DNA from: Candidatus Aminicenantes bacterium
GTDB lineage: Bacteria > Acidobacteriota > Aminicenantia > UBA2199
Reading direction: 5' to 3'
Length of the DNA stretch: 64,000 bases
Assembly: GCA_026393835.1 (NCBI GenBank)
Contig: JAPKZK010000038.1
Location: 185,988-249,987 of the forward strand
Program-made: the position numbers and the translations under genes
In this document: piece by piece, positions 29,252 through 38,965 of the stretch
How the letters are laid out: every line of letters begins with the position of its first letter
How positions within the stretch are numbered: position 1 is the first letter of the stretch
Notes under the pieces: generated by a model
Told to the model about the DNA's origin: nothing
Database searches by the model: none
The model's input: the letters and a program-made list of their open reading frames with translations, nothing else

Positions 29252-31328
29252 TTTTATTGGTTTCGACGATTAATGAGAAATCGGCGATCTGCGATAATAA
29301 TTCATCCATGCGCTGCACCAGGCCGACCCGGTTCTGCTTTAACCCCTCATCCTCCGCATTTACAAGAACTTTTTCAAAGAAATTATCCACCACGGGCTTC
29401 ATTTCCAGGAACTGGGAACAGGCTTCCACGTATTCGCCCATAACAATGGAAGCTTCGATCTTAGTTTTGGTCTCTTTAAAAATATCGAACAAGATTTTTT
29501 CTTCCTTCTCAATTAAACGGTCTTCGGAAACGACGCAGCGTTGGGCGTTCTTAACGATGTTTTTGAGGCGCTTGTGCAGCGATACCAGGTGGAGAATGGC
29601 GTCGCTGTTGGCTACTTTGGATACGCCGTAACACCGGACAAAGAGCCGGTAAACGTTCAGGCGCTCGCTGGGGATGTTAAGAATGGCATTCACAACGTCA
29701 TACCGGTACTTGAGGATATCTTTGAAAATATTCTCCACCCGGCTTAAAAACAAATCGACGGCGGTTTTAACCAACGCCTCATGCGCCTCGCCGCCGGAAA
29801 CGAAATGCCCGGCCGCCAGGTGAATGAATGCTTTGAGATCGAAACCTAACTTAAACTCGGTAATGACCTTGATAATGGCATTGGCGTCGCGACGAATGCC
29901 ATAGGGGTCCTTGGAACTGGATATTTTGATGTCCTGCGAAATAAAACCGGTGATATTATCGATCTTGTCGGCTATGGACAACAACCCGGCCCCCAGGTCT
30001 TCCAACCTTACTTTCACGTACCCTTTAGGCTCATAATGACCGTAAACGGCTTTCCATATAGTTTCCTCGGCCCCGGTTTCTTTTAAATAAAGCCCGCCCA
30101 TGATGCCCTGCAGCGAAGGGAACTCCCTCACCATACGGGTGACCAGGTCGTTCTTGCAATACAGGGCCGCTTTTTGCAGGGGCTCCGCCAGGCGCTCTTC
30201 TTTGGTTTGCTTGACCAGGTAATTCACCAGGCTAAACAAGCGGTCGGTTTTTTCAAAGAAAGTTCCCAAACCTTTGTGAAACATAACATTCTTTAGGCTT
30301 TCCCGTAAGGCGATGAAATCATCCTTGCGGTCCTTATCCCAGAAAAACCGGGCGTCCTCGAAAGTGGCGCGAATGACCCGCTCATTCCCTCGCGCTACGA
30401 ATTTATTCTCATCCGGGATATTGGATACGCCGATGAAAATATTCATAAGAATGTTCTTTTTATCGTAAACCGGCAGTAGTTTTTTCTCTTTTATCATAAA
30501 GGTGGAAATGATCTCGGAAGGCAATTCCAGGTATTTCCGGTCGAATTCGCCGTGGAATATCACGGGGTATTCGTTGTTGTAAACATAGTCATCCAGCATG
30601 GCGGTGTCGGGCTTGATGTTGGCATTATACTCTTCCTCGATATCGGTAATCTCATCGACGATTTTTTTGCGCCGTTCATCTTCCCTGACAATGACAAAAT
30701 TTTTGGCCAACAGCTCGCAGTAATCTTTAAAGGACTTAACCGTGAAAAAATCTTCGGACAGGAGAATGTGACCGAAGGTTTTATTGGAGGAACGCACCCC
30801 GGCGAATTCGCATTCCACCACCTGGTTGTCCAGCAAGGCCAGGATATTTTTGACGGGGCGAACAAAAGGGACCCGCGAGGCATTCCACACCATGGTTTTG
30901 GCAAAGGTCAACTCCCCCAACACCTGGGGCAATATGCCTTTTAAGATTTCCAGGGTGGGACGGCCCTCGGCCCTCCTCTCGATCACCATATAAGGACCTT
31001 TGGGTGAATTCACCTCTTTTAAATCGGCCAACTCCACGTTGTTAAATTCCATGAATTTGGTTAAGGCAATGGTGGGGTTTCCCTGCTCGTCGAAGGCGAT
31101 GCGTTTGGCCGGTCCTTTGAGCTGCTCTTCGGTGTCTTCGGCCTTGGGGTTGATCTGGTTGATGTAGATCATGAACCGGCGGTTGGTGGCCGCGGCTTCG
31201 ACGTATTTGAATTCCACCGATTCTTTGGTCAACCGGTCCTGCAATTTCTTATTCAATTGTTCGAGAATGTTGGGTATCTCGGAAACGGGTACTTCCTCGA
31301 CTCCCAGTTCAAAAAGAAAATCACTCAT
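29247..31328 (-). CDS. glyS: Glycine--tRNA ligase beta subunit
   Basis: FLFELGVEEVP, FVRPV, MVREFPSLQGIMG, SSKDPYGIRR, FFEKVLVN. Confidence 0.95.
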   Translation of the reverse strand: MSDFLFELGVEEVPVSEIPNILEQLNKKLQDRLTKESVEFKYVEAAATNRRFMIYINQINPKAEDTEEQLKGPAKRIAFDEQGNPTIALTKFMEFNNVELADLKEVNSPKGPYMVIERRAEGRPTLEILKGILPQVLGELTFAKTMVWNASRVPFVRPVKNILALLDNQVVECEFAGVRSSNKTFGHILLSEDFFTVKSFKDYCELLAKNFVIVREDERRKKIVDEITDIEEEYNANIKPDTAMLDDYVYNNEYPVIFHGEFDRKYLELPSEIISTFMIKEKKLLPVYDKKNILMNIFIGVSNIPDENKFVARGNERVIRATFEDARFFWDKDRKDDFIALRESLKNVMFHKGLGTFFEKTDRLFSLVNYLVKQTKEERLAEPLQKAALYCKNDLVTRMVREFPSLQGIMGGLYLKETGAEETIWKAVYGHYEPKGYVKVRLEDLGAGLLSIADKIDNITGFISQDIKISSSKDPYGIRRDANAIIKVITEFKLGFDLKAFIHLAAGHFVSGGEAHEALVKTAVDLFLSRVENIFKDILKYRYDVVNAILNIPSERLNVYRLFVRCYGVSKVANSDAILHLVSLHKRLKNIVKNAQRCVVSEDRLIEKEEKILFDIFKETKTKIEASIVMGEYVEACSQFLEMKPVVDNFFEKVLVNAEDEGLKQNRVGLVQRMDELLSQIADFSLIVETNKI

Positions 31329-31341
31329 GATGGTCCTCGTT

Positions 31342-32214
31342 TTACGGTTTAGGCGCTTTTACCAGGTCCTCGCCCTCTGTTAGTCTTATATATGCTTGCG
31401 CGATTTTCGCCGAAAGGTCCCGCATGTTGGCCATGAAGGCATTTCTTTCGGCGACGGATACGGCTTTCCTGGCGTCCAGGATATTAAAGGTATGCGAACA
31501 CTTTAACACGTAATCGAAAGCGGGCAGGTAAAGGTCGGCTTCGATAAGGCGCCTGGCTTCGCTCTCGTATTGGGTGTAGAAACCCCGCAGCATCGTGATG
31601 TCGGCAAATTCGAAATTATAAATGGAAAACTGGCGTTCTTCTTCGGTGCGCAATTCGGCGTAACCCACCTGGTTGCCCCATTCGAGCCTGTAAATGGAAT
31701 CCTTGCCGTCCTGGAAAGCGGCCAGGCGCTCGATGCCATAGGTGATTTCCATGGAATTGGGGTTTAAATCGACGCCGCCGGCCTGCTGGAAATAGGTAAA
31801 CTGGCTGATCTCCAGGCCGTCGCACATGACCTGCCAGCCGACGCCCCAGGCCCCAAGGGAAGGGGACGCCCAGTTGTCTTCATCGAATTTGATGTCGTGG
31901 TTGCGGATATCGATGCCCAGGTACTGGAGGCTCTGGAGATATAAAACCTGGCCATTTTTGGGAATGGGCTTGAAAATGACCTGGAACTGGTTGTGCTTCT
32001 GGACACGGTTGGGGTTCTGGGCGTAACGGCCGTCGTCGGGTCTCCTGGCCGGCTGCCAATAGGCAACCTTCCAGGGTTTCTTCCCCAGCACCCGGAAGAA
32101 AGTGTCGGGCGTCATGGTGCCGGCCCCCACTTCATTGTCGTAACCGGAAGCGATATAGCAGCCCGTGGCCGCCCAGAATTCCTGCAGCTTTAATATTATG
32201 TGTTGTACGCTCAT
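31342..32214 (-). CDS. glyQ: Glycine--tRNA ligase alpha subunit
   Basis: EVGAGTM, RRPDDGRY, LGAWGVGW, QFTYFQQ, TYGIERLA, KCSHTFNILDAR. Confidence 0.96.
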   Translation of the reverse strand: MSVQHIILKLQEFWAATGCYIASGYDNEVGAGTMTPDTFFRVLGKKPWKVAYWQPARRPDDGRYAQNPNRVQKHNQFQVIFKPIPKNGQVLYLQSLQYLGIDIRNHDIKFDEDNWASPSLGAWGVGWQVMCDGLEISQFTYFQQAGGVDLNPNSMEITYGIERLAAFQDGKDSIYRLEWGNQVGYAELRTEEERQFSIYNFEFADITMLRGFYTQYESEARRLIEADLYLPAFDYVLKCSHTFNILDARKAVSVAERNAFMANMRDLSAKIAQAYIRLTEGEDLVKAPKP

Positions 32215-32238
32215 CTTTTTATTTTTTATCTCTTTAGT

Positions 32239-33684
32239 TTATTCTACCTTTTTTTCCCATTTAAGCACTAATTGCCGGGCGGCCAGTACTTCATCCAACC
32301 GCCGGACGGGTGTACCGTAAGGGGCGTTTCGTAACTTGTCCGGGTCTTCCTCGGCTTCTTTCAATATGGTTTTCATGGTCCGGATAAATGTATCCAGCGT
32401 CTCTTTGCTTTCGGTTTCGGTGGGCTCGATCATCATGGCGCCGTGCACGATCAAGGGGAAATAGATGGTAAAGGGATGGATGCCGAAATCCAGCAGCCGT
32501 TTGGCAATGTCCAGGGTTTTGACGTTTAAGCCTTTATCGGAGAAAACCACTTCATGAAGGCTTTTGGATTTGTAGGGTAAATCCAGGAAGCCTTCCAGGT
32601 TTTTGCGGATGTAATTGGCGTTTAATACGGAATCTTCGGCGATTTTCCTGAGGTTTTCCTTGCCTATGGCCATGAGGTAAACCAGCGCCCGGACCATGAT
32701 GAGAAAATTGCCGTAATAGTTTTTGACCCGGCCGATGCCTTGATTGAAATAGGCGGCGTGATAAAGGTCGCCTTGTTTGGAAAGCACGGGTACGGGTAAG
32801 TGCGGCAGCAGTTCCGCGGCGACGCCCACCGGGCCGGACCCGGGTCCGCCGCCGCCGTGGGGGGTGGCAAAGGTCTTGTGCAGGTTTAAATGCAGCACGT
32901 CCACGCCCAGGTCCCCGGGCTTGACAATGCCCATAAAGGCGTTCATATTGGCGCCGTCCATGTAGAGCAGCGAACCGTTCTTATGAAGAACCCGGGAAAT
33001 CTCGACGATGTTCCGCTCGAATACGCCCAGGGTATTGGGGTTGGTCATCATCAAAGCGGCCACGTCTTGATTCAAATGGGCTTCCAGGGTGGCCACATCC
33101 AGGATGCCGTTTTCATTGGAGGGTATTTCTTTGACTTCGTAGCCGGAAAAATGGGCGGAAGCGGGATTGGTGCCGTGGGCGGAATCCGGGATCAATATGA
33201 TTTTCCGGGGGTTGCCCCTGGCGGCCAGGTGCGCACGGATGATCTTTATCCCCGTGAATTCGCCGTGGGCGCCGGCGGCCGGCGCCAGGGTAAATCCCGC
33301 CATGCCGGTGACGTCCATCAACCACTTTTCCAGGGTCTTCATGATCTCCAGGTTGCCCTGCACCAGTTTCATGGGCGCATAAGGATGGGCGGAAAATTCT
33401 TCCCAACCGGCTATGGCTTCGTTGATCTTGGGATTGTATTTCATGGTGCAGGAGCCGAGGGGGTAAAACCCGGAATCCACGGAATGGTTCAACTGGGATA
33501 GGTTGGTATAATGCCTGACGATTTCGACTTCGGACAGTTGGGGGAAATCGGCGAGGTCTTCATCATGCCGGCGGTATTGGTCATCCATGGCGATCAAGTC
33601 GCCGGGGAGCTCGGTCTCGGAAAAGGAATAGCCTATTTTTCCTTCTTTGCTTTTATTAAATATCAATTCGGGCAGCTTGTTCAT
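32239..33684 (-). CDS. gcvPB: Glycine dehydrogenase subunit 2
   Basis: PLGSCTMKYNP, SAHGTNPASA, LNLHKTFATPHGGGGPG, MIEPTETE. Confidence 0.96.
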   Translation of the reverse strand: MNKLPELIFNKSKEGKIGYSFSETELPGDLIAMDDQYRRHDEDLADFPQLSEVEIVRHYTNLSQLNHSVDSGFYPLGSCTMKYNPKINEAIAGWEEFSAHPYAPMKLVQGNLEIMKTLEKWLMDVTGMAGFTLAPAAGAHGEFTGIKIIRAHLAARGNPRKIILIPDSAHGTNPASAHFSGYEVKEIPSNENGILDVATLEAHLNQDVAALMMTNPNTLGVFERNIVEISRVLHKNGSLLYMDGANMNAFMGIVKPGDLGVDVLHLNLHKTFATPHGGGGPGSGPVGVAAELLPHLPVPVLSKQGDLYHAAYFNQGIGRVKNYYGNFLIMVRALVYLMAIGKENLRKIAEDSVLNANYIRKNLEGFLDLPYKSKSLHEVVFSDKGLNVKTLDIAKRLLDFGIHPFTIYFPLIVHGAMMIEPTETESKETLDTFIRTMKTILKEAEEDPDKLRNAPYGTPVRRLDEVLAARQLVLKWEKKVE

Positions 33685-35036
33685 TGTAACTCTCCAATGG
33701 CGTTTATTAACCGGTCGATATCTTTTTTCTTATGCATTTCGGTGAAATTGACCAGGACCGCTGTTTCATAATCTTTATGAAACCATTTCAACGGGATACC
33801 CGCCAGGATGCCTTTGGATTCGAGTTTAGCGGTAAAGTCGTCCACGGTCATATTCTTGATTTCCAGTACGATTTCATTGAAAAAGTTCCGGGGGTACTTG
33901 ACGGCCACATGGGGGAATTTTTGGATTTCTTTGACAAAGTAGGCGGTGTTGAGGTGGTTGGTTTTGGCGATTTTCAGCAGCCCGGTTTTGCCCATGGTGG
34001 CCAGGTACATGCCGGCCCTCAGGGCGCACCAAGCTTCGTTGGAGCAGATATTGGACGTGGCTTTTTCGCGTTTGATGTGTTGTTCGCGGGTGGAGAGGGT
34101 CAGCACGTAGCCGCGTTTTCCTTCGACGTCAAGGGTTTCGCCCACGATGCGGCCGGGCATCTGGCGGACAAAATCTTTTTTAACGGTCATGAAGCCCAGG
34201 TAAGGGCCGCCGTAACCAAGGGGCAGGCCGAAAGCCTGGGCTTCGCCCACCACGATATCCACGCCGCATTGCCCGGCGGGTTTTAGGAACGGCAGCGACA
34301 TGGCTTCGGTTACCGCCTGGACGGCCAGGGCGTCTTTGCCGTGCAGGATATCGGAAATCTTTGGGCTGTCTTCCACTACACCGAAGAAATTGGGAGATTG
34401 GAAAAGAAAACCGGCGCAGTCGTCGCACACTTTTTTATTTAAGTCTTCCAGGTTGACGGTTCCCGTGTTTCGATCAAAATCCACATATTGAATTTTTAAT
34501 TCGACCAGGTCGCGGAGGTAGGTTTCGATGATTTCGATGTATTCCGGGTGGAGGTTGCGGGCGATGAGGATGGTATTTTTTTTGCGGGCTTTGCGGGCCA
34601 CCAGGAGCGCCCCTTCGGCGGCGGCGGTGCCGCCGTCGTAAAGGGAGGCGTTGGATACGTCCATGCCGGTCAACATGGCCATCATGGTCTGGTATTCGAA
34701 CATGCCCTGCAAACTGCCCTGGCTCACTTCGGGTTGGTACGGGGTGTAGGGGGTGACGAATTCTCCTTTGCCGCTCATATGTTTCACGACTTCGGGGATA
34801 AAATGATGATAAGCGCCGCCGCCTAAAAAGCTTAAATAAGCGGAGAATTTATTTTTCCCGGCGATTTCTTTGAAGGTTTCCAGTAAACGGTCTTCCGGTA
34901 CAGCGGGGGGGATATGATCCAGCGCGTAATAGGCTTTATCCCTCGGGATATCTGAAAATAACTCCCGGGTGTCTTGTATACCGAGGCATTTTCGCATCTC
35001 GTCCCGGTCGGAATCGGTGAGTGGAAAATATCTCAT
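33681..35036 (-). CDS. gcvPA: Glycine dehydrogenase subunit 1
   Basis: YTPYQPEVSQG, NASLYDG, PGRIVG, TREQHIKREKATSNICSN. Confidence 0.96.
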   Translation of the reverse strand: MRYFPLTDSDRDEMRKCLGIQDTRELFSDIPRDKAYYALDHIPPAVPEDRLLETFKEIAGKNKFSAYLSFLGGGAYHHFIPEVVKHMSGKGEFVTPYTPYQPEVSQGSLQGMFEYQTMMAMLTGMDVSNASLYDGGTAAAEGALLVARKARKKNTILIARNLHPEYIEIIETYLRDLVELKIQYVDFDRNTGTVNLEDLNKKVCDDCAGFLFQSPNFFGVVEDSPKISDILHGKDALAVQAVTEAMSLPFLKPAGQCGVDIVVGEAQAFGLPLGYGGPYLGFMTVKKDFVRQMPGRIVGETLDVEGKRGYVLTLSTREQHIKREKATSNICSNEAWCALRAGMYLATMGKTGLLKIAKTNHLNTAYFVKEIQKFPHVAVKYPRNFFNEIVLEIKNMTVDDFTAKLESKGILAGIPLKWFHKDYETAVLVNFTEMHKKKDIDRLINAIGELQ

Positions 35037-35435
35037 TTATTTCTCCTCTAAAATTCCTTTCAGGTATTCTTCGTATGCGGCGGCGTTCATGAGATCAGCC
35101 AATTGGCCGGAATCGTCCATCTTGATTTTGAAAACCCAACCGTCGCCGTAAGGGTCTTTATTAACGGTTTCCGGTTTGTCTCCCAGGAGTTCGTTGGCTT
35201 CGACGATTTCGCCGGTAACAGGGGAATATATATCGCTGACTGCTTTGACGGATTCGATATTGGCGCAGGCGTCTCCTTTTTCGACGGCGTCGCCCACGGC
35301 CGGTAGTTCGACGTACACCACATCGCCCAGCTCTTTTTGTGCGTAATCGGAGACGCCGATAATGGCGATTTCTCCTTCTGTTTTCACCCATTCATGTTCT
35401 TTGGTAAATTTTAAATCCTTTACATTTGCACTCAT
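35037..35435 (-). CDS. gcvH: Glycine cleavage system H protein
   Basis: HEWV, LGDVVYVELP, IESVKAVSD lipoyl-lysine motif. Confidence 0.96.
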   Translation of the reverse strand: MSANVKDLKFTKEHEWVKTEGEIAIIGVSDYAQKELGDVVYVELPAVGDAVEKGDACANIESVKAVSDIYSPVTGEIVEANELLGDKPETVNKDPYGDGWVFKIKMDDSGQLADLMNAAAYEEYLKGILEEK

Positions 35436-35448
35436 AATTTCCTCCTAT

Positions 35449-36549
35449 TTATTTTTCTCTTTTATAAAAGGGCATTTCTACGACCCTGGCGGAAACCATC
35501 CGGTCGCGGATGCCGATCTCGAATTCGGTCCCGGGTTGGCATTTAGCCAGGGGCAAATAAGTCATTCCGACGGATTTTTTTAAGTAGGGGGCAAAGGTGC
35601 CGCTGGTAACGGCGCCGTATTGTTTGCCGTCAACATAAACCGGGTACTCGTGGCGGGCGATTCCTTTGCCGGTCACCTGGAATCCTACCCGTTTCCGGGT
35701 AATACCTTGTTCTTTTTGTTTTTCCAGCGCCTCTTTTCCGAGAAATTCGCCTTTTTTCAGTTTCAGTATCCATTCCAGGTCGGCTTCCAAAACGGTATGG
35801 CTGTCGTCGATATCGTTGCCGTACAGGGGCATGCCGGCTTCCAGTCTCAGGGTATCCCGGGCGCCCAGGCCGGCCGGGATGATGCCCAGCGGTTTTCCTT
35901 TTTCCGCCAGTTCCAGTAGTAGGTTGGAGGCGTTTTTTTCATCGGCTTTGAAATAGATTTCGAACCCGTCTTCGCCGGTGTACCCGGTGCGGGAGATGAG
36001 GCAATCCAATTTCTTTACTTTGCCGAAGGTGAAATGGTAGTATTTGATGGCGGCGAGGTCGGTATCGGTGAATTGGGAAAGTAGTTGTTCGGCTTTGGGA
36101 CCCTGGATGGCGATCTGGCTATAATCATCGCTTTCATTTTCGATTTTCACATCGAAGTGGCCGGCTTTTTCCAACATATGTTTGAAATCCTTGTCGGTAT
36201 TGGCGGCATTGACCACCAGTAAGTATTCCTTTTCGTTGATCATGTGGACCAGCAGGTCATCGACAAAGCAGCCTTTTTCCGTCATCAGGCCGGAATACTG
36301 GATTTTGCCCGGGACTAATTTGGCCGCATTGTTTGAGGTGAGGTATTGGACGGCGTCCAGCGCTTGCGGGCCGCGGAAGAAAACTTCTCCCATGTGGGAG
36401 ACATCGAAGAGGCCGCCGGCGGTTCGCACGGCGATATGTTCTTCGTTCAGGCCCGAATCCGCATATTGAACGGGTAATTCCCACCCGACGAACTCGATCA
36501 TTTTTCCATTTAAGATATGGTGCGCCTTGTTAGGCTTTGTTTTTTTCAT
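35449..36549 (-). CDS. gcvT: Glycine cleavage aminomethyltransferase T
   Basis: LFDVSHMGE, SRTGYTGEDGFE, GLGARDTLRLEAG. Confidence 0.96.
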   Translation of the reverse strand: MKKTKPNKAHHILNGKMIEFVGWELPVQYADSGLNEEHIAVRTAGGLFDVSHMGEVFFRGPQALDAVQYLTSNNAAKLVPGKIQYSGLMTEKGCFVDDLLVHMINEKEYLLVVNAANTDKDFKHMLEKAGHFDVKIENESDDYSQIAIQGPKAEQLLSQFTDTDLAAIKYYHFTFGKVKKLDCLISRTGYTGEDGFEIYFKADEKNASNLLLELAEKGKPLGIIPAGLGARDTLRLEAGMPLYGNDIDDSHTVLEADLEWILKLKKGEFLGKEALEKQKEQGITRKRVGFQVTGKGIARHEYPVYVDGKQYGAVTSGTFAPYLKKSVGMTYLPLAKCQPGTEFEIGIRDRMVSARVVEMPFYKREK

Positions 36550-36767
36550 ATGAAGTCTCCGTTAAATATGAAATTAAATAGCCTTTAAAGTATCACACTA
36601 GCCTACAAAAATCAATAGTGCGGACTCAAAATCTTAAAAAAATGGGCATGCTTCCTCTAGCCGCGGACGAACACGGACGGACACTGACGAACACCTGCCA
36701 TGAAAAATGAGGGGATAAATTGGGCTGCGGCTAAATAGATTATTTGGCGGCAGGCCAATCGTTCAAC

Positions 36768-36800
36768 AAAAAAAAGGCGGCGCCCGAAGACGCCGCCCTT
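36768..36800 (-). terminator. Intrinsic terminator of the cytochrome operon
   Basis: ggcggcg/cgccgcc stem followed by a U-tract on the minus strand. Confidence 0.8.
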
Positions 36801-36836
36801 AATCTATATTAAAGTTTACTTTAAACCATCCGCGGT

Positions 36837-38948
36837 TTATCGCCAGGTATAAGGCGCGATATTCCCTCCCACATTCTGGATCGAATCCACCAACAATTGG
36901 GCTATATAGGTCGGATTGTGAATGTACCCGTGGGGTTCTTTATAGCTCATTTGCAAATTGAAAGCGGCCTTCAACATGGCGGCGTCAAACTTGTAACCGT
37001 TGGCCGAAGTGGCCTCACCCGGGTCTACCACGCCGTTGCCGTTGGTGTCTTTAAAGAAGTAGGGATAACTGTTGGGATCGTAGAGAATGGGTTTGCCGAT
37101 GGCCAAACCATAAGCCTGCATATTGGCGTAAAGGGCAACTTGAACCCCTTCGATTTCTTCCTTGATGGATTCGGCAATATTGCCGTCGGCATCGAAATCC
37201 GGGATGGAGGCGGGACGAATTCCTTCAAAGACAAATAACGCCGGGTCTCCTCCGGGGTTGGGCTGGGCAATATCCTGGCCGTGACAATTGACGCAATTGG
37301 CCGGGTTGGGTTCCGCTACGTTATGCCCCTTGATGGCTTCCCTGCCCATGTGACACTGCACACAGGTATTGAATTGTCCCATATGATTGGGAAAGGGATT
37401 TTTCCCGGCATAAATTTTGCCGGTAAACTCATAACCGCCCTTGACTTCGGCGCCCAGGAATACGGCCGCCGCGGGGAAGTAGTGGATGTTGGAAAATGAA
37501 TACGGCCCTGCCGACGCTGCAATGGCTTTATCAACCGTGGCTTTGGCTGCGCGCCCCTGGTGACAGATCATACAGAGGTTGCTGCTGTCTCCCAGGTTGG
37601 CCGATAAGCCGGAGGGGAAAGTGACGCTGTCGACCTGCCGGACATTGGGCGGCGAGGTGTGACAGGTGGTGCACAACAGCCCATTGGCAATCGGTTGGGC
37701 AATACTTTGCCCGTTATTGGCCAGGAAGTAAGGAAGTCCCTTCGCGCTGTGACACCTGGCGCAACTGGACGGGACTTCACCTTCGGCGTCCCAATCCCGC
37801 CAGGGCATACCGGAACCGTCGAAATGACCTTCGTCGCCCCGGTGCATACCGGCCATGCTTACGGCGCCGCCGATCTGACTATTCAAACCCTCAAGGGAAT
37901 CGAACATCAATTCGATGAGATATTTCCCGCCGTGGGCAAAACCGCCCGGGTCTTTGTTGACCACCTGGTAGTTGTAACAGGCCTTCAACAAGCGGGGGGT
38001 AAAACTGGCGTAGCGGTTCCCGGAAACAGCCTCCGACGCATCGATCACGCCGTCTCCATTGGTATCTTTAAAGAAATAGGGATTGGTATTGGCGTCGTAA
38101 CCGATAGGCGCGCCCACTACCTGGGCGGCGTAAGCCTGGATACCGGCGTACAGTTTGTCCAACACCCCTTGCACTTCGTAATAGATCCCTTCGGACATGT
38201 TGCCATCGCCGTCATAGTCGGTCAAAGAGCCCAGGAAACGGATATTCCTCAGGTCTGCCCTACCCCTTACATTGGTATGACAGGTATCGCACCGTTCGGT
38301 CCTGATCTCCAATGAATGGGGTTCATGACAATCGATACAGGCGCCGTAACCTTCGATGTGGGCAAATTTGGCGTCATAGGTTTTGTCCGCATACTGGTAA
38401 CCGCCTTTAACCAGTGTGCCGTACATGGTGGCGGCGGCCGCAAAATAATGGATATTGGCAAAAGTTAACTTTGAATTGGGTGTATCTTCCGCCATACCGA
38501 CTACTTTATCATTCACGGTGGTAGTGGAGGCCCGCCCCTGGTGGCACTGCATACATATGGCCTCTTTTCCCAGATCGCCGATAACGGCGCCGGAAGGAAA
38601 GGTAACGGTATCGATCACCCGGGTGACCCCATTTTTCTCGTCCGTATGGCAGAGCCGGCAGGTAAACGCACCCGGGGCGGCGGCGGCGCTGACCACGCCG
38701 TCTTCAATATAATCCAGAAAACCGTCTACACTGTGACACCTGGCGCACCCGGCGGCCACTAACGGCGGAGTATCCCCGTCCCAATGGGTAAACGCTTCCG
38801 CGCCCCTGTCGGCATGGCCGGACGCGGCAAAATTCGCCTCCTGGGCGGTCTCATATACCGCCTTGACTACTTTACAACCCTGCCAGAATAGTAGACAGAT
38901 GGATATTCCGAACAATATACTAAATATAGTTAATTTTCTTAATTTCAT
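36837..38948 (-). CDS. 10-heme c-type cytochrome lipoprotein made of two 5-heme modules
   Basis: 10 CxxCH motifs; lipobox-like WQGC; internal duplication (CHQGRA..NIHYF, YPYFFKDTNG.G); RBS AAGGAGG. Confidence 0.88.
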   Translation of the reverse strand: MKLRKLTIFSILFGISICLLFWQGCKVVKAVYETAQEANFAASGHADRGAEAFTHWDGDTPPLVAAGCARCHSVDGFLDYIEDGVVSAAAAPGAFTCRLCHTDEKNGVTRVIDTVTFPSGAVIGDLGKEAICMQCHQGRASTTTVNDKVVGMAEDTPNSKLTFANIHYFAAAATMYGTLVKGGYQYADKTYDAKFAHIEGYGACIDCHEPHSLEIRTERCDTCHTNVRGRADLRNIRFLGSLTDYDGDGNMSEGIYYEVQGVLDKLYAGIQAYAAQVVGAPIGYDANTNPYFFKDTNGDGVIDASEAVSGNRYASFTPRLLKACYNYQVVNKDPGGFAHGGKYLIELMFDSLEGLNSQIGGAVSMAGMHRGDEGHFDGSGMPWRDWDAEGEVPSSCARCHSAKGLPYFLANNGQSIAQPIANGLLCTTCHTSPPNVRQVDSVTFPSGLSANLGDSSNLCMICHQGRAAKATVDKAIAASAGPYSFSNIHYFPAAAVFLGAEVKGGYEFTGKIYAGKNPFPNHMGQFNTCVQCHMGREAIKGHNVAEPNPANCVNCHGQDIAQPNPGGDPALFVFEGIRPASIPDFDADGNIAESIKEEIEGVQVALYANMQAYGLAIGKPILYDPNSYPYFFKDTNGNGVVDPGEATSANGYKFDAAMLKAAFNLQMSYKEPHGYIHNPTYIAQLLVDSIQNVGGNIAPYTWR

Positions 38949-38965
38949 CTTGGCCTCCTTATTTA

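Noticed and set aside
36550-36830. Glycine riboswitch upstream of gcvT
   Set aside because: No recognisable aptamer core; the region holds a terminator, a repeat arm and a probable promoter.
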